Assembly (NCBI GenBank): GCA_963695855.1
Contig: CAVOHZ010000008.1
Span: forward strand, 537,343-601,342
Direction: 5' to 3'
DNA length: 64,000 nucleotides
From: an uncultured Nitrososphaerales archaeon
Lineage (GTDB): Archaea; Thermoproteota; Nitrososphaeria; Nitrososphaerales; Nitrososphaeraceae
The notes under the pieces were generated by a model. It did not search any database. It had not been told where the DNA came from and was given only the letters and a program-made list of their open reading frames with translations. This document shows positions 34,305 to 44,321 of this stretch, piece after piece (position 1 is the stretch's first letter; the number at the start of each line of letters is the position of its first letter). The translations under genes were made by a program, and so were the position numbers.

Positions 34305-34811
34305 TTATGCTAATTTATCAAACATACGCAAGATACCATCAAAGAAATTGTCGTTATTGCCACTTCTAACTTTCAGGTCAAAATTTGCTATTATCGGTAC
34401 CATTTCATAATTTTTATCGCCGTTTATCTTGGTTAACAACGATACTCTGTAGTCTCCGTTATCTGGAAATGAAAATGGAAGACTAATGTCTCCTCTTGTG
34501 TAAAATTTAAAGGGAGTTTGAAATACGATGGAACTATTCTTCTTGTTTGATATTATAACAGAGGAATAAATATTTTCAAGATCGCCATTTTCATCTACAA
34601 TGTTTAAATTTAGTAATGTAGTATTGTCACCTTTAATAGGTTCTTTTGGATAGGGCAAAAAAAGTACTTTATAGTTTTCCATTTTTTTTATAACAACGTT
34701 TGGAGCATTTTCAGGTATATGAGCCTCAGTTGGAGAAAAATTGACATTGGCAAGAAATAAAGATAATATTTGTACCGCTGAAATTAAGATCATAGCTTTG
34801 TACATAGTCAA
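34305..34811 (-). CDS. Secreted Ig-like protein with predicted N-terminal His
   Basis: TEA|HIPENA; FSFPDNGDYRVSL. Confidence 0.78.
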   Translation of the reverse strand: MTMYKAMILISAVQILSLFLANVNFSPTEAHIPENAPNVVIKKMENYKVLFLPYPKEPIKGDNTTLLNLNIVDENGDLENIYSSVIISNKKNSSIVFQTPFKFYTRGDISLPFSFPDNGDYRVSLLTKINGDKNYEMVPIIANFDLKVRSGNNDNFFDGILRMFDKLA

Positions 34812-34847
34812 TAGACGTTAACTATTTTGACATCATTAAAGTTTGTG

Positions 34848-34866
34848 GAGTATTCGTAGAATGTCT
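34848..34866. promoter_or_regulatory. Operator candidate GAGTATTC-GTA-GAATGTCT
   Basis: ATTC-N3-GAATGT core with TTGTG flank, 37 bp upstream of 34811 (same geometry as 12435). Confidence 0.5.
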
Positions 34867-35323
34867 GCAATTATCTATTAGTATTTTGTTCTCTTTATTC
34901 CTTATATTTTATTTCTCAGAATTATTTGATTATAAGAATTTTTTAAAATTCTAATCATATGATGCGCTCGAATCACATTTTTATACCATCTAGAGCATTA
35001 GTGTATTCATAAGAGAATTCTTATATTTTTATAATTTGTCATATGTAGTTTTTGATTTATGTTTTATGGCTTTGTGCAAACCAATTTCCAGAGTTCTACC
35101 TAGATAATATTAAATCGTTAGTTCTATCGTACTCTAGAAAAATAGATTAGATATAGCGCTTAGTAACAATACATAAAATTTTTATAAATTTCACTTACTT
35201 TATAACACAAAAACATATTCAAACGGGTTGATTTTTACAGTGTTGGCAATGATGTGATGGACCTAAATACTCTGGAACATTTTTTATAAACAAATAATTA
35301 TCTCTAAAGAAATTATTTAATGA

Positions 35324-36286
35324 TTGAGTTCAATAAACAAGCTTTCTTCGAAAGAACTAGAGGATTTATCATCAAAATATGGTTATCCGATCTGGTTGGT
35401 ATCTAGATATTCAAAATATGTTCCTAATTTAAGGCAATTTCTAGAATGCATGACAAGAGAAGAACCACGTAGGTACATACGTACAAACTCTATTAAAATT
35501 TCTCCACATAGTCTCAAGGAAAGACTCTCATCAAAAGGATTCATTTTGGAAACAACCGATCTCCCAGAAGTTTTCTTGATAAAGAATGACCCGTATCCAA
35601 TTGGAGCTACAACGGAATACCTGTTAGGATATTATTACATCCAGGATTTGAGTTCTTGTTTTACAGTGGATGCACTAGATCTATCCAACAATCTTTTGGT
35701 TTTAGATATGGCTTCATCCCCCGGAGGAAAAACCACATTTATTGCGCAGAGAATGAATAATACTGGTTGTATTCTTGCTCTAGAACCGAATCCGCGTAGA
35801 TTAAAAAGATTGTTTTATAATGTAGAACGTTGTGGGGTAGCTAATACATTAATTTGGAATATAGACGGAACAAGTATTTTAGATTATGATTTGAATTTTG
35901 ATCGAGTTTTACTTGACGCCCCATGTAGTTGCGATGGCATTATTCAAAAGGAAAAGAGTAGAAAAACAACATATTCTAAGGAAAGTATTACTCATTGTAG
36001 TCTAAAACAAAACAGGCTGTTAGAAGCTGCTGTGGAGATTACTAAACCTGGAGGTTTAGTAGTATATTCTACATGTTCTCTTGCACCAGAAGAAAATGAA
36101 TTCATAGTAAATTCTGTTTTGGGCAAATATGATATTCGCCTGGAAGATATTTCATTTGGAGTGGATGGACTTACGCAGTTTGAAACTATCAACCTGGATG
36201 GTTCCCTTAGCCTGACAAAGAGATTTTATCCACACATGCATAATACTACTGGTTTTTTTATAGCTAAATTACGACGGGTTTCATGA
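35324..36286 (+). CDS. NOL1/NOP2/Sun family RNA m5C methyltransferase
   Basis: YYIQDLSS, VLDMASSPGGKT, DRVLLDAPCS, VYSTCSLAPEENE, GFFIAKL. Confidence 0.95.
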   Translation: MSSINKLSSKELEDLSSKYGYPIWLVSRYSKYVPNLRQFLECMTREEPRRYIRTNSIKISPHSLKERLSSKGFILETTDLPEVFLIKNDPYPIGATTEYLLGYYYIQDLSSCFTVDALDLSNNLLVLDMASSPGGKTTFIAQRMNNTGCILALEPNPRRLKRLFYNVERCGVANTLIWNIDGTSILDYDLNFDRVLLDAPCSCDGIIQKEKSRKTTYSKESITHCSLKQNRLLEAAVEITKPGGLVVYSTCSLAPEENEFIVNSVLGKYDIRLEDISFGVDGLTQFETINLDGSLSLTKRFYPHMHNTTGFFIAKLRRVS

Positions 36287-36325
36287 AAACGACCAGACTT
36301 TTAGATAGATTGGTGAAATAAGAAT

Positions 36326-36901
36326 ATGTTTCGTGAACTTACCAGAGAGGAACTAACTTTATTTAAGAGAGAATCCAATAAATGGGGTCTATATCCTTTT
36401 TTTAAAAACAAATTAATTGTAATCAAGGATGAAAATCTAGATGGCAATAAAGAGAATAATAAATTATTATTTTTAATAACAGAAAATTTAAAAAAATTCA
36501 TTTTTTATCCATCAATATATGCATCAGGTATTTTTTTGGGATCCTTGAATAATAAGAAATTTTACCCTTCAATTTCATTTCTATTTCTTACAAGTAAGTT
36601 TGGAAACAATTATCCATTCGTCGTAGTAACCGATGAGGCTGAAAAACTGGTTCTTTATGGTCGTGATATTCTGGGAGGTTCTATCATTGAATTTTCTCCC
36701 AATCTCAAGGAAAATTTACTAGTTATCATTTTTAACAAAAACAAAGAACCACTAGGTATCGGACGTACTCGGTTTTCTAATTCACTAATTCAACAAAAAG
36801 GGAAAATTACAGTTAGCACCTTGATGGATTTGGGAGCGTATTTACGTGAGGAAAATAATAAATATCAATATGGTCTAGACACAAGTTTATTTCTAGATTG
36901 A
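36326..36901 (+). CDS. nip7: Nip7-like PUA-domain ribosome biogenesis protein
   Basis: AEKLVLYGRDI..DLGAYLR; adjacent to Nop2/Sun, as is usual in archaea. Confidence 0.8.
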   Translation: MFRELTREELTLFKRESNKWGLYPFFKNKLIVIKDENLDGNKENNKLLFLITENLKKFIFYPSIYASGIFLGSLNNKKFYPSISFLFLTSKFGNNYPFVVVTDEAEKLVLYGRDILGGSIIEFSPNLKENLLVIIFNKNKEPLGIGRTRFSNSLIQQKGKITVSTLMDLGAYLREENNKYQYGLDTSLFLD

Positions 36902-37106
36902 ATTCGTGTCTTTTATTACTGTCTAAAAATTAATAACGAAATTTATTAAAAACTCATATTTTACCCTAAATTTAGACAATTATGTTCTATTATTAAAAAT
37001 TTCTACTCGATTTAATACTTAAATTTTTTATAAGTTTAGCTAATAATAAAAGTATAGAAAAGTGCTTAAAAACCCCAATATATTTATTTTGCAACATTAA
37101 AAACAT

Positions 37107-38880
37107 ATGGAGCAATCTGATTCTGGCATAAATAATGGTAAAGTATCTCGCAAAGATTTTATCAAGTTAATTGGTGCTGGGGCACTTTCTTTGGGTCTAG
37201 CTAATTTCATTGGTATAGATAAACTGATATCCAATAGTGCTTTTGCAACACAAAAAGAGAAAAACAGTTACAGTGAGAATAACAATTATGATACGACCAT
37301 TATGTCTGACAAAAGGGCAAAGAAAGCATTTGATATCCGTGTTGATGCAGCTAAATTTGAAAGGGATTTGCCAATTCCAGAACATCCCGATAACGGTGAC
37401 GATAATCGTTATGAAAATAGGATTGGAAGTTTTTCCAAGGTACTACCCCATAATAGATGGGGAGAAGTCGATCCGCGAGCCTATTCTAAACTCTTATTTG
37501 CATTAAAGTCTGGAGATCCAAGGTTATTTGAACTGATACCTATGGGCGGATATTTTCTGGCTGGAACACAGTCAAAATATCCTCGCCATCCACATACCTA
37601 TTCTTTTGAATTAATATATGAAAAACAGAGCGATTATCTTAAACTAGTTAACCCACTAGCAGCTTTTTCATTTGAATTAATCGCTCCTGATTCTCATCAT
37701 CTCTTTATAAGACCCCCACCAACTTTTGACAGTCCTGAAGAAGCCGGAGAGATGGCTGGAATTATATTGGCAGGCTGTTGTGAGAGATATTGCATTTACA
37801 GATTATACGAATGATTTTTTGATAAGGGATGCTTGTAGTGATCTTTCTAATTTTATTTTTGATGGTCCGAAAATATATGGCAAAGTTTTACCTGAAACTA
37901 TCTTTAGAGGTAAGACTAGTGGCGATCTATCTGGTCCATATATTTCACAATTCTTGTTAAAAGATGTTCCGCACGGATCACTCGCTATGAAACAGAAGTA
38001 TAATGCTGGTTTACCTGACATAGACTATCTGATCTCATATCATTCGTGGCTTTCTTCACAAAATGGTATTGTAACAGAGATAGAACATATTGATACTAAT
38101 ACACCTCGATACATAAGAAATGGAAGGGATCTGGCTGAGTGTGTCCACAAAGATTATCCATGCCAGGGTTTTTTGAATGCATGCCTGATACTGTTGGGAT
38201 CTGGTGCAAAATTTGATTCCGGAAATCCATATCTTTCATCAATAACACAATCTGGATTTCCGACTTTTGGTGGTCCACATGTTTTATTTCTATTATCTTC
38301 TGTTGCAAATTTAGCTTTAAAGGCCGCTTGGTTTCAAAAATGGCTTGTCCATAGAAGATTAAGGCCAGAGGCGTTTGGCGGATGTATCCATAATACGCTA
38401 ATGGGAAATACAAACTATCCAATTCACAAAGATATCATGGATTCTCAAGTACTTTCAATCATTTACTCAAGAAACAAAAGTTATTTGTTACCAATATCGT
38501 TCCCAGAAGGTTGTCCAGCTCATCCTGCATATCCAAGAGGACATGCAACATGGGCAGGTGCATGCGCAACTGTAGTAAAGGCATTTTTTGACGAGGAGGC
38601 TATCATAGATGATCCAGTTGTACCAACCCATGATGGTCTGGACCTCCTTCCATATAAAGGGCCGGATGTGCTAACCGTGGGAGGGGAATTAAATAAATTG
38701 GCATCAAATATTGCAATAGGACGTGATTTTGCTGGTATTCATTGGAGGTCCGATGCCATTGAAGGTATGAAGTTAGGGGAAGAATTAGCTATTCGTTTCC
38801 TCATTGAACAGAAGGATATTTTTTATGAAAAATTTGATTTTTCAATTACAAAGTTTGATGGAACGTCTGTTACCATATAA
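37107..38880 (+). pseudogene. Vanadium-dependent haloperoxidase, split by a single frameshift near 37755
   Basis: Tat-like SRKDFIK; KAAWFQKWLVHRRLRPE, HPAYPRGH, RDFAGIHWRSD; ORFs 37107-37814 and 37726-38880 join at EAGEM/ELYW. Confidence 0.88.
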
Positions 38881-39457
38881 TTTTTTTCTTTTTTACCGTA
38901 TGCTTTGTATACGTTGATAATAAGATTATTGTTTTATAATGTTCTAACGACTCTCGTACTTTTATCCCATTTTTACATATTCACTGTTGTTTTTGACTTG
39001 ACCTAAATTTACACACAAATTAAAGTGAATGCCACTTGCTATCGATATTTTTTTCATTTAATTGTATTGAGGAACCTAATCTTATCATTTGCATAGAATG
39101 TCAAACAAAAGATAAAGGTTATATCTGACTGTATAAGGTATAACAACCCACATATTTATCAGAATGCAATGTATTAGCCATTTATTTTTTGAAGGAAATA
39201 AAATATTAAATCTTTATCTTCATAGATTGATCGAAAAAACAGGAAGGATCTGCCTACGAGAAATATAGAAAAAATTTCTAACGTATTTCATAATGCTGGC
39301 TATGGAAAAAATGAAATCCATCCAGAACAAGTGAACCGATCCTCTACTCAAGTAAAAAAGGAAAACAAAACAGAGATCAAATCTCCTGTAATCGTTACCA
39401 ACCCTGCTATTCAGAAACGTTTTATATAATAATTTATTATAGTACCAATAATATAGT

Positions 39458-40303
39458 ATGATTATTTCAACTCATTTGGGAATAAATGAGTTAAATAAAT
39501 TAAAAGAAATAATAATTAGCAAAAAATTAAAGGAAACCAATACTACTAATAGTTATGAATTATTACGTATTAGGGATGACAAAATAAATTTAGTTTGCTA
39601 TAAATCTGGCAAAATAGTATACGAGAATAATCCACAAACTATGGAGATAATACGACAAATATTGGTGACAGATTCAGAATATGACTATGAATTGGGGTCA
39701 GACGAGACAGGAAAGGGAGAATCTTTTGGACCATTGGTAACAGTTTGTGTTGCTTTAAAACCAGAACAGATAACTGAATTAAGAACAATAGGAGTGAAGG
39801 ACAGCAAACAACTTTCACCAAGAGAAATTGTTAGAATCGCTGAAGAAATAAAAAAAAGGAGAATTGTTTATAGAAAAATAATACTTCAACCAGAGGTATA
39901 TAATAGCAAAATTGAAGAGTTGAAAAAAGAAAATAAGAATCTAAATGAATTGCTGGCTTGGACTCATTCTCGGGTAATTCAAAATACACTTGACACGTTA
40001 AATTATAACTCAGTTAAGGTGGTTATCGATAAATTTGATGTTGAAAAGACTTGTAGAAGATTAGCAAAACTAGACAAAAATAAAATAAAAATTATACAAA
40101 AATCAAGGGGTGAATCAGAAATACCTGTTGCTGTTGCCAGTATTTTAGCCAAAAGTTTTTTTGAAGAAGAAGTTAACTTAATGTGTAGGAGATATGGCAT
40201 TGATTTTAGAAAAATTAATCCCGCTGAAATACCGAAAGTAATAATTGACAAAGTATACAAAACTCATTTTAAGAACATTTCAAAGTTATTGGAAGAAAAA
40301 TAA
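39458..40303 (+). CDS. rnhC: Type 2 ribonuclease H, HIII-like (N-terminal TBP-like domain)
   Basis: GSDETGKGESFGPL, GVKDSKQL, NLNELLAWTH, VIDKF, VAVASILA; ~70-aa N-terminal extension with YKSGKIV. Confidence 0.78.
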   Translation: MIISTHLGINELNKLKEIIISKKLKETNTTNSYELLRIRDDKINLVCYKSGKIVYENNPQTMEIIRQILVTDSEYDYELGSDETGKGESFGPLVTVCVALKPEQITELRTIGVKDSKQLSPREIVRIAEEIKKRRIVYRKIILQPEVYNSKIEELKKENKNLNELLAWTHSRVIQNTLDTLNYNSVKVVIDKFDVEKTCRRLAKLDKNKIKIIQKSRGESEIPVAVASILAKSFFEEEVNLMCRRYGIDFRKINPAEIPKVIIDKVYKTHFKNISKLLEEK

Positions 40304-40655
40304 ATACAAGTTCTACATCTGCTTTTTTAGTTTCTAATTTATGTAAATGTTTCTTTACTTAAAATTTAAAGATAAATAACAGATAATTAATTGATGACTA
40401 TCTTAAACCTGATTTGAGAAATTACATTATAATGGCAAGACAAAAATACTTTTGACAATCTTGCAGAGATATGATCGACTCAGTCACCTTTCGAGCCGCG
40501 TATGCAAATGCCTGCCAGACATATTTTGTTAAGTTTTTCTTGATACACTCATCGGTGCCCGATTCTAAAAACCTAAAAACATATTATCTTATCAATTACT
40601 GCATAAGAAAAAAAGAGAAAAATAATATTGTCTAATCCTTGACTTTTTATATATA

Positions 40656-40728
40656 TATGGTACGTGGACTTTGGTCTTCATTCTATTTATTTCAATAGTC
40701 AGTTCGCCCATCGAATGCCACGTACCTG
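40656..40728 (-). ncRNA. Candidate H/ACA-type guide RNA with k-turn
   Basis: GGUACGUGG/CCACGUACC basal stem followed by AUA, an internal loop, and a consensus k-turn CUGA-CUAUU...AAUAG-AAU-GAAG. Confidence 0.55.
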
Positions 40729-40754
40729 ATATTTATTGATAATAATTTTGTAAA

Positions 40755-41165
40755 TTAAACTTTTTTGATCGTTATCTTCTGATTATCTGCATCTAAAAAG
40801 ATCTCAGTTTTTTCATCTATCAGTGGTCTTATTTCCAGATCAAGATGGTCAACCAAAGGAATATCAGAGATAGCACACCCTGATGCTGTCATAGTATCGC
40901 ATTTTTTAAGACATATGATTGCCAATGGATTGACTTGATTTGTTTTTAAGGAATAAAAAACATAAGCACCAACACTGCTTCCTATAGCGTTTGGGAAAAT
41001 TAGTATTTTGTTCTTTAAGGTTCTTTTAAACAATTCATGGTTTTCGTCTTTAATCTCACCCGATTTGGTATCAATCATAGAAAGCATATTCAGTGGTTGA
41101 TTGGTCAATAATGCTTGACCATTAGCCTTGCCTCCCACAATTCTCCTACATTTTATTTCGATCAC
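40755..41165 (-). CDS. Aconitase X swivel subunit (DUF126; phosphomevalonate dehydratase small subunit)
   Basis: KILIFPNAIGSSVGAYV..P.AII..TASGCAISDIP. Confidence 0.92.
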   Translation of the reverse strand: MIEIKCRRIVGGKANGQALLTNQPLNMLSMIDTKSGEIKDENHELFKRTLKNKILIFPNAIGSSVGAYVFYSLKTNQVNPLAIICLKKCDTMTASGCAISDIPLVDHLDLEIRPLIDEKTEIFLDADNQKITIKKV

Positions 41166-41171
41166 CTTTTT

Positions 41172-42326
41172 TCACTCACAATATTCTTTAACTATGGATT
41201 TCATATCGCGTAGCGCAACATCTATTTTATTGGCTTTTTTCATGTAGTACGCACCTTTAATACTATTTGTTACAATTGAATCGCAGCTGTCTCTAGTAAT
41301 AAGTGGCGTTAAACAGGTACATGCATCACATATTATTTCAGCCCCAGCATTTTTTAATCCATTCACTAGCTCCTTATTTTTGTTGGATTCGGAAACAGTG
41401 CGTGGGCAAAATATCATACATCTTTTCTTGAATTTTTTTCCATCAATCATATTGGACAAGATATGTAAGTCCTGGTCCCCTAGCTGTGGGCTACCAAAAA
41501 CTATTATTTCGCCTTTCTCTGCGGTATCAAGTTCTTCCTTAGTTTTTTCAAGTTCTTCTCTTCCAAAAGGTATTCTTTCCACGTTTTCTTTTATTTTGTT
41601 GCTAAACATCCCGCAAATTCCCGAAGTACCCATTCCAGCTGAGAGAGCTTTAGCTCTGAACATGTCTATTTTCTCTATCTCCTCTATACCCACGCAGCTT
41701 TCGTTGATGTTTTTACCTGCAAAATAACCTAATAGTCCATAATCTAATTCGGATTCAATCTTTATCTCCGGTCTAATTGCTATTTTTGGAGTTCTCATTT
41801 CATCAATTAATAAGTCTGAATAGGGCGTTTTTCCTGTTAACGCACTTGCTAAAGCACTTAGTGCACTCTCCTTGTTTGTTTTTGCTCCCAAAATAGAGTT
41901 GACAAAAACTGCCGCATTACTTTCAGCAAAACTTACATAATCGCCTCTTTTAGGAAGATCAAAAATTTCATAAGGAATACAAGTAAATGATGGTTTTACA
42001 CCTAAATCTATGTAAGCGTTAACTATCTTTATCTGTTTTTCTTTAAACTCGTCACTAAGATTATTGTCTATTTTCGAGTCAAATCCCATGGGATTTAATG
42101 TACTCGTAACTGAGACTTTGGTACCCTTATCAATACTTTGAAGAAATTCAAGTCCTGCATCTCCAATAGTATTATAATTGACTCCCGAAATATGGGCCCA
42201 CTTTACAGGAATAAATTTGGTTGCGTTATTGGCAATTCCTATAGCCACTAGGATTTTGTAGGCTTGTTCCAAGCCCGGTCCATATTCACCCTTTATGGCC
42301 TTTTCTTCTTCTCTTGTTAGCTCCAT
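41172..42326 (-). CDS. Aconitase X catalytic subunit (DUF521; phosphomevalonate dehydratase large subunit)
   Basis: AHISGVNYNTIGDAG, TLNP, FTCIPY, AESNA, DACTCLTP, TNSIKGAYY. Confidence 0.93.
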   Translation of the reverse strand: MELTREEEKAIKGEYGPGLEQAYKILVAIGIANNATKFIPVKWAHISGVNYNTIGDAGLEFLQSIDKGTKVSVTSTLNPMGFDSKIDNNLSDEFKEKQIKIVNAYIDLGVKPSFTCIPYEIFDLPKRGDYVSFAESNAAVFVNSILGAKTNKESALSALASALTGKTPYSDLLIDEMRTPKIAIRPEIKIESELDYGLLGYFAGKNINESCVGIEEIEKIDMFRAKALSAGMGTSGICGMFSNKIKENVERIPFGREELEKTKEELDTAEKGEIIVFGSPQLGDQDLHILSNMIDGKKFKKRCMIFCPRTVSESNKNKELVNGLKNAGAEIICDACTCLTPLITRDSCDSIVTNSIKGAYYMKKANKIDVALRDMKSIVKEYCE

Positions 42327-42485
42327 TAATCAGAATCATTTATAATTTATTTATATCATTTAAAAGTTATTTTATTATTTTATTAGCCTGTAATTCGTAT
42401 TAGTTATTGATTTAATGATATTGTATAGCAAATCTTGATATTATACAGCAAATAGTCTATTAACAAGTGTTAACCTAATCATTAT

Positions 42486-43208
42486 GTGCAATTTGTAACT
42501 TGGTTTCCCCACTATCAAGATATTAGGAGTAAATTCGGTTATAGCACTGAACAAGATCAAAATTCTGCTTATCTTCTTTCCCAGAAAATAAAAAATAAAG
42601 CATTGGATCCTGCTGTTTTAAGAAAAAAAATTCAAAGCAAGAGTGTAATTGTAATTGGTTCAGGTCCTGATCTGGAGAATTATCTACCCTTTTTAAAAAG
42701 AAACAGATCTTTTGTAAAGATAGTAGCTGACGGTACTGTGAAGTTCTTGATAGAAAATGGTATGAAACCTGATATTGTAGTTACAGACCTTGATGGCGAC
42801 CCTAAATCTCTTCTTCAAGCAGAAAAACTTGGATCAATTATGGTAGTACATGCTCATGGAGATAATACCGCTATTATTGAAAAATTAGTACCTAAATTTA
42901 AAAAGGTATTCGGTACGACTCAGGTGATGCCTGTGGAAAATGTTCATAATTATGGTGGATTTACAGATGGTGACAGGTGTGTCTTCCTTGCAGAGGAATT
43001 TGGTGCAAAGGAAATCATCCTAGTAGGGATGGCATTTGATGGCGATGTCGGAGAATATTCTAAAAGTGTACAAAATATAGAAATAAAAAAAGAAAAGCTC
43101 AAAATAGCTAAAAAACTTTTGCAGCTACTTGCAAAGGATTCCAGATCTGACCTGTATGATACATCCCAGAAACCTGTTCCTGGTTTCAAGGTATTTCCTT
43201 TAAAATAA
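42486..43208 (+). CDS. mptE: 6-hydroxymethyl-7,8-dihydropterin pyrophosphokinase
   Basis: IVADG, PDIVVTDLDG, VHAHGDN, GTTQ, NYGGFTDGDR. Confidence 0.92.
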   Translation: MQFVTWFPHYQDIRSKFGYSTEQDQNSAYLLSQKIKNKALDPAVLRKKIQSKSVIVIGSGPDLENYLPFLKRNRSFVKIVADGTVKFLIENGMKPDIVVTDLDGDPKSLLQAEKLGSIMVVHAHGDNTAIIEKLVPKFKKVFGTTQVMPVENVHNYGGFTDGDRCVFLAEEFGAKEIILVGMAFDGDVGEYSKSVQNIEIKKEKLKIAKKLLQLLAKDSRSDLYDTSQKPVPGFKVFPLK

Positions 43209-43512
43209 GGTATAAAAAACTCTCTATCTTGGATTATCTTTATTTGTTATTCTGATGTGGCCGGACGACCTCTTCCATTTACCATCAAAAAATTTCATTC
43301 TTTACACTGAGAAATCTTGTATGGACAGTCTACTATTATATTTTGTACCTTGAAATTTCAGATTTTGTATATTCATCTAGCCAATCTAGTATCTGCTTAT
43401 ACATATTCAGATTTTTTATTTTAAATACAAATAGATAGAGTTAGTACATTTTTTCCTACCTGTCTGTTTATCTCCCCTTTGTCTCTTAGAAAGCATACTC
43501 AATAGTAAATTT

Positions 43513-44316
43513 TTGACAAATAAACAACTTTATACTCTTTATTATATTAAGAATGGAATGTTGCATTATTCTGAAGATGATGTTAAAAAAGCAGCAGACT
43601 TGCGTGAATGGCTGCTTAAACAAATTTCTGATAAACAAGAAGAGGTAGATAGACTTAGAAATCTACTTCTCTTAATTGATAGTTTATTAAAGCAAGAAAG
43701 TTTTAAACCCGCATCTACTCTTGGACGTCCTGAAATTTATACTATTGATACCAATGCTGCCAGTCTACCTTCTTCTGTTCCAATTACGGATGAGAGTACA
43801 CAAATAGAAAAAGGTTATACTTCTGGAAATAAAAAATCTCAGGTCAATAATGAGGATCAAAAAATTGCTATAAAAAAAGAAAAAGAGCAAGATCTTGATT
43901 CAAAAAATAAATATGAAACAAAGGAGCTAAAAAGACTTAAAGATAATTTCTTATTGGCAACTGTCAAGGTTTCAACCAGCTCAGTTGAAATAATTCCAGA
44001 AAAGAGTTTATCATTTGATATAAATACTCCTCCATTTAAGACGTTTTTTATTAAAAGAATTCTAGATGGAATGGTAAACCAGGATAAAGAACAATTACGG
44101 AAAAAACAGATAGGTGATGACGAAATTCTCACCTATCAGATTGATGAGGCAGATGGAATTATTAAAAAAATAATAATAAATAATTATAGGGAAAAAGAGA
44201 GGTTGACCGACATTTTCAATACTTCGGCATGGGTATTTACAAGAATGTTAGAAAAGAGTAGTGGTACTAGCGGTATCAGCGGTAGTAGCAGCAGCAGTAC
44301 CAGTGCTGGAGTATAA
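43513..44316 (+). CDS. Conserved hypothetical protein upstream of guaA
   Basis: Coiled-coil N-terminus; TPPFKTFF..ILDGM; probable start at ATG 43558. Confidence 0.75.
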   Translation: MTNKQLYTLYYIKNGMLHYSEDDVKKAADLREWLLKQISDKQEEVDRLRNLLLLIDSLLKQESFKPASTLGRPEIYTIDTNAASLPSSVPITDESTQIEKGYTSGNKKSQVNNEDQKIAIKKEKEQDLDSKNKYETKELKRLKDNFLLATVKVSTSSVEIIPEKSLSFDINTPPFKTFFIKRILDGMVNQDKEQLRKKQIGDDEILTYQIDEADGIIKKIIINNYREKERLTDIFNTSAWVFTRMLEKSSGTSGISGSSSSSTSAGV

Positions 44317-44321
44317 ATCGG

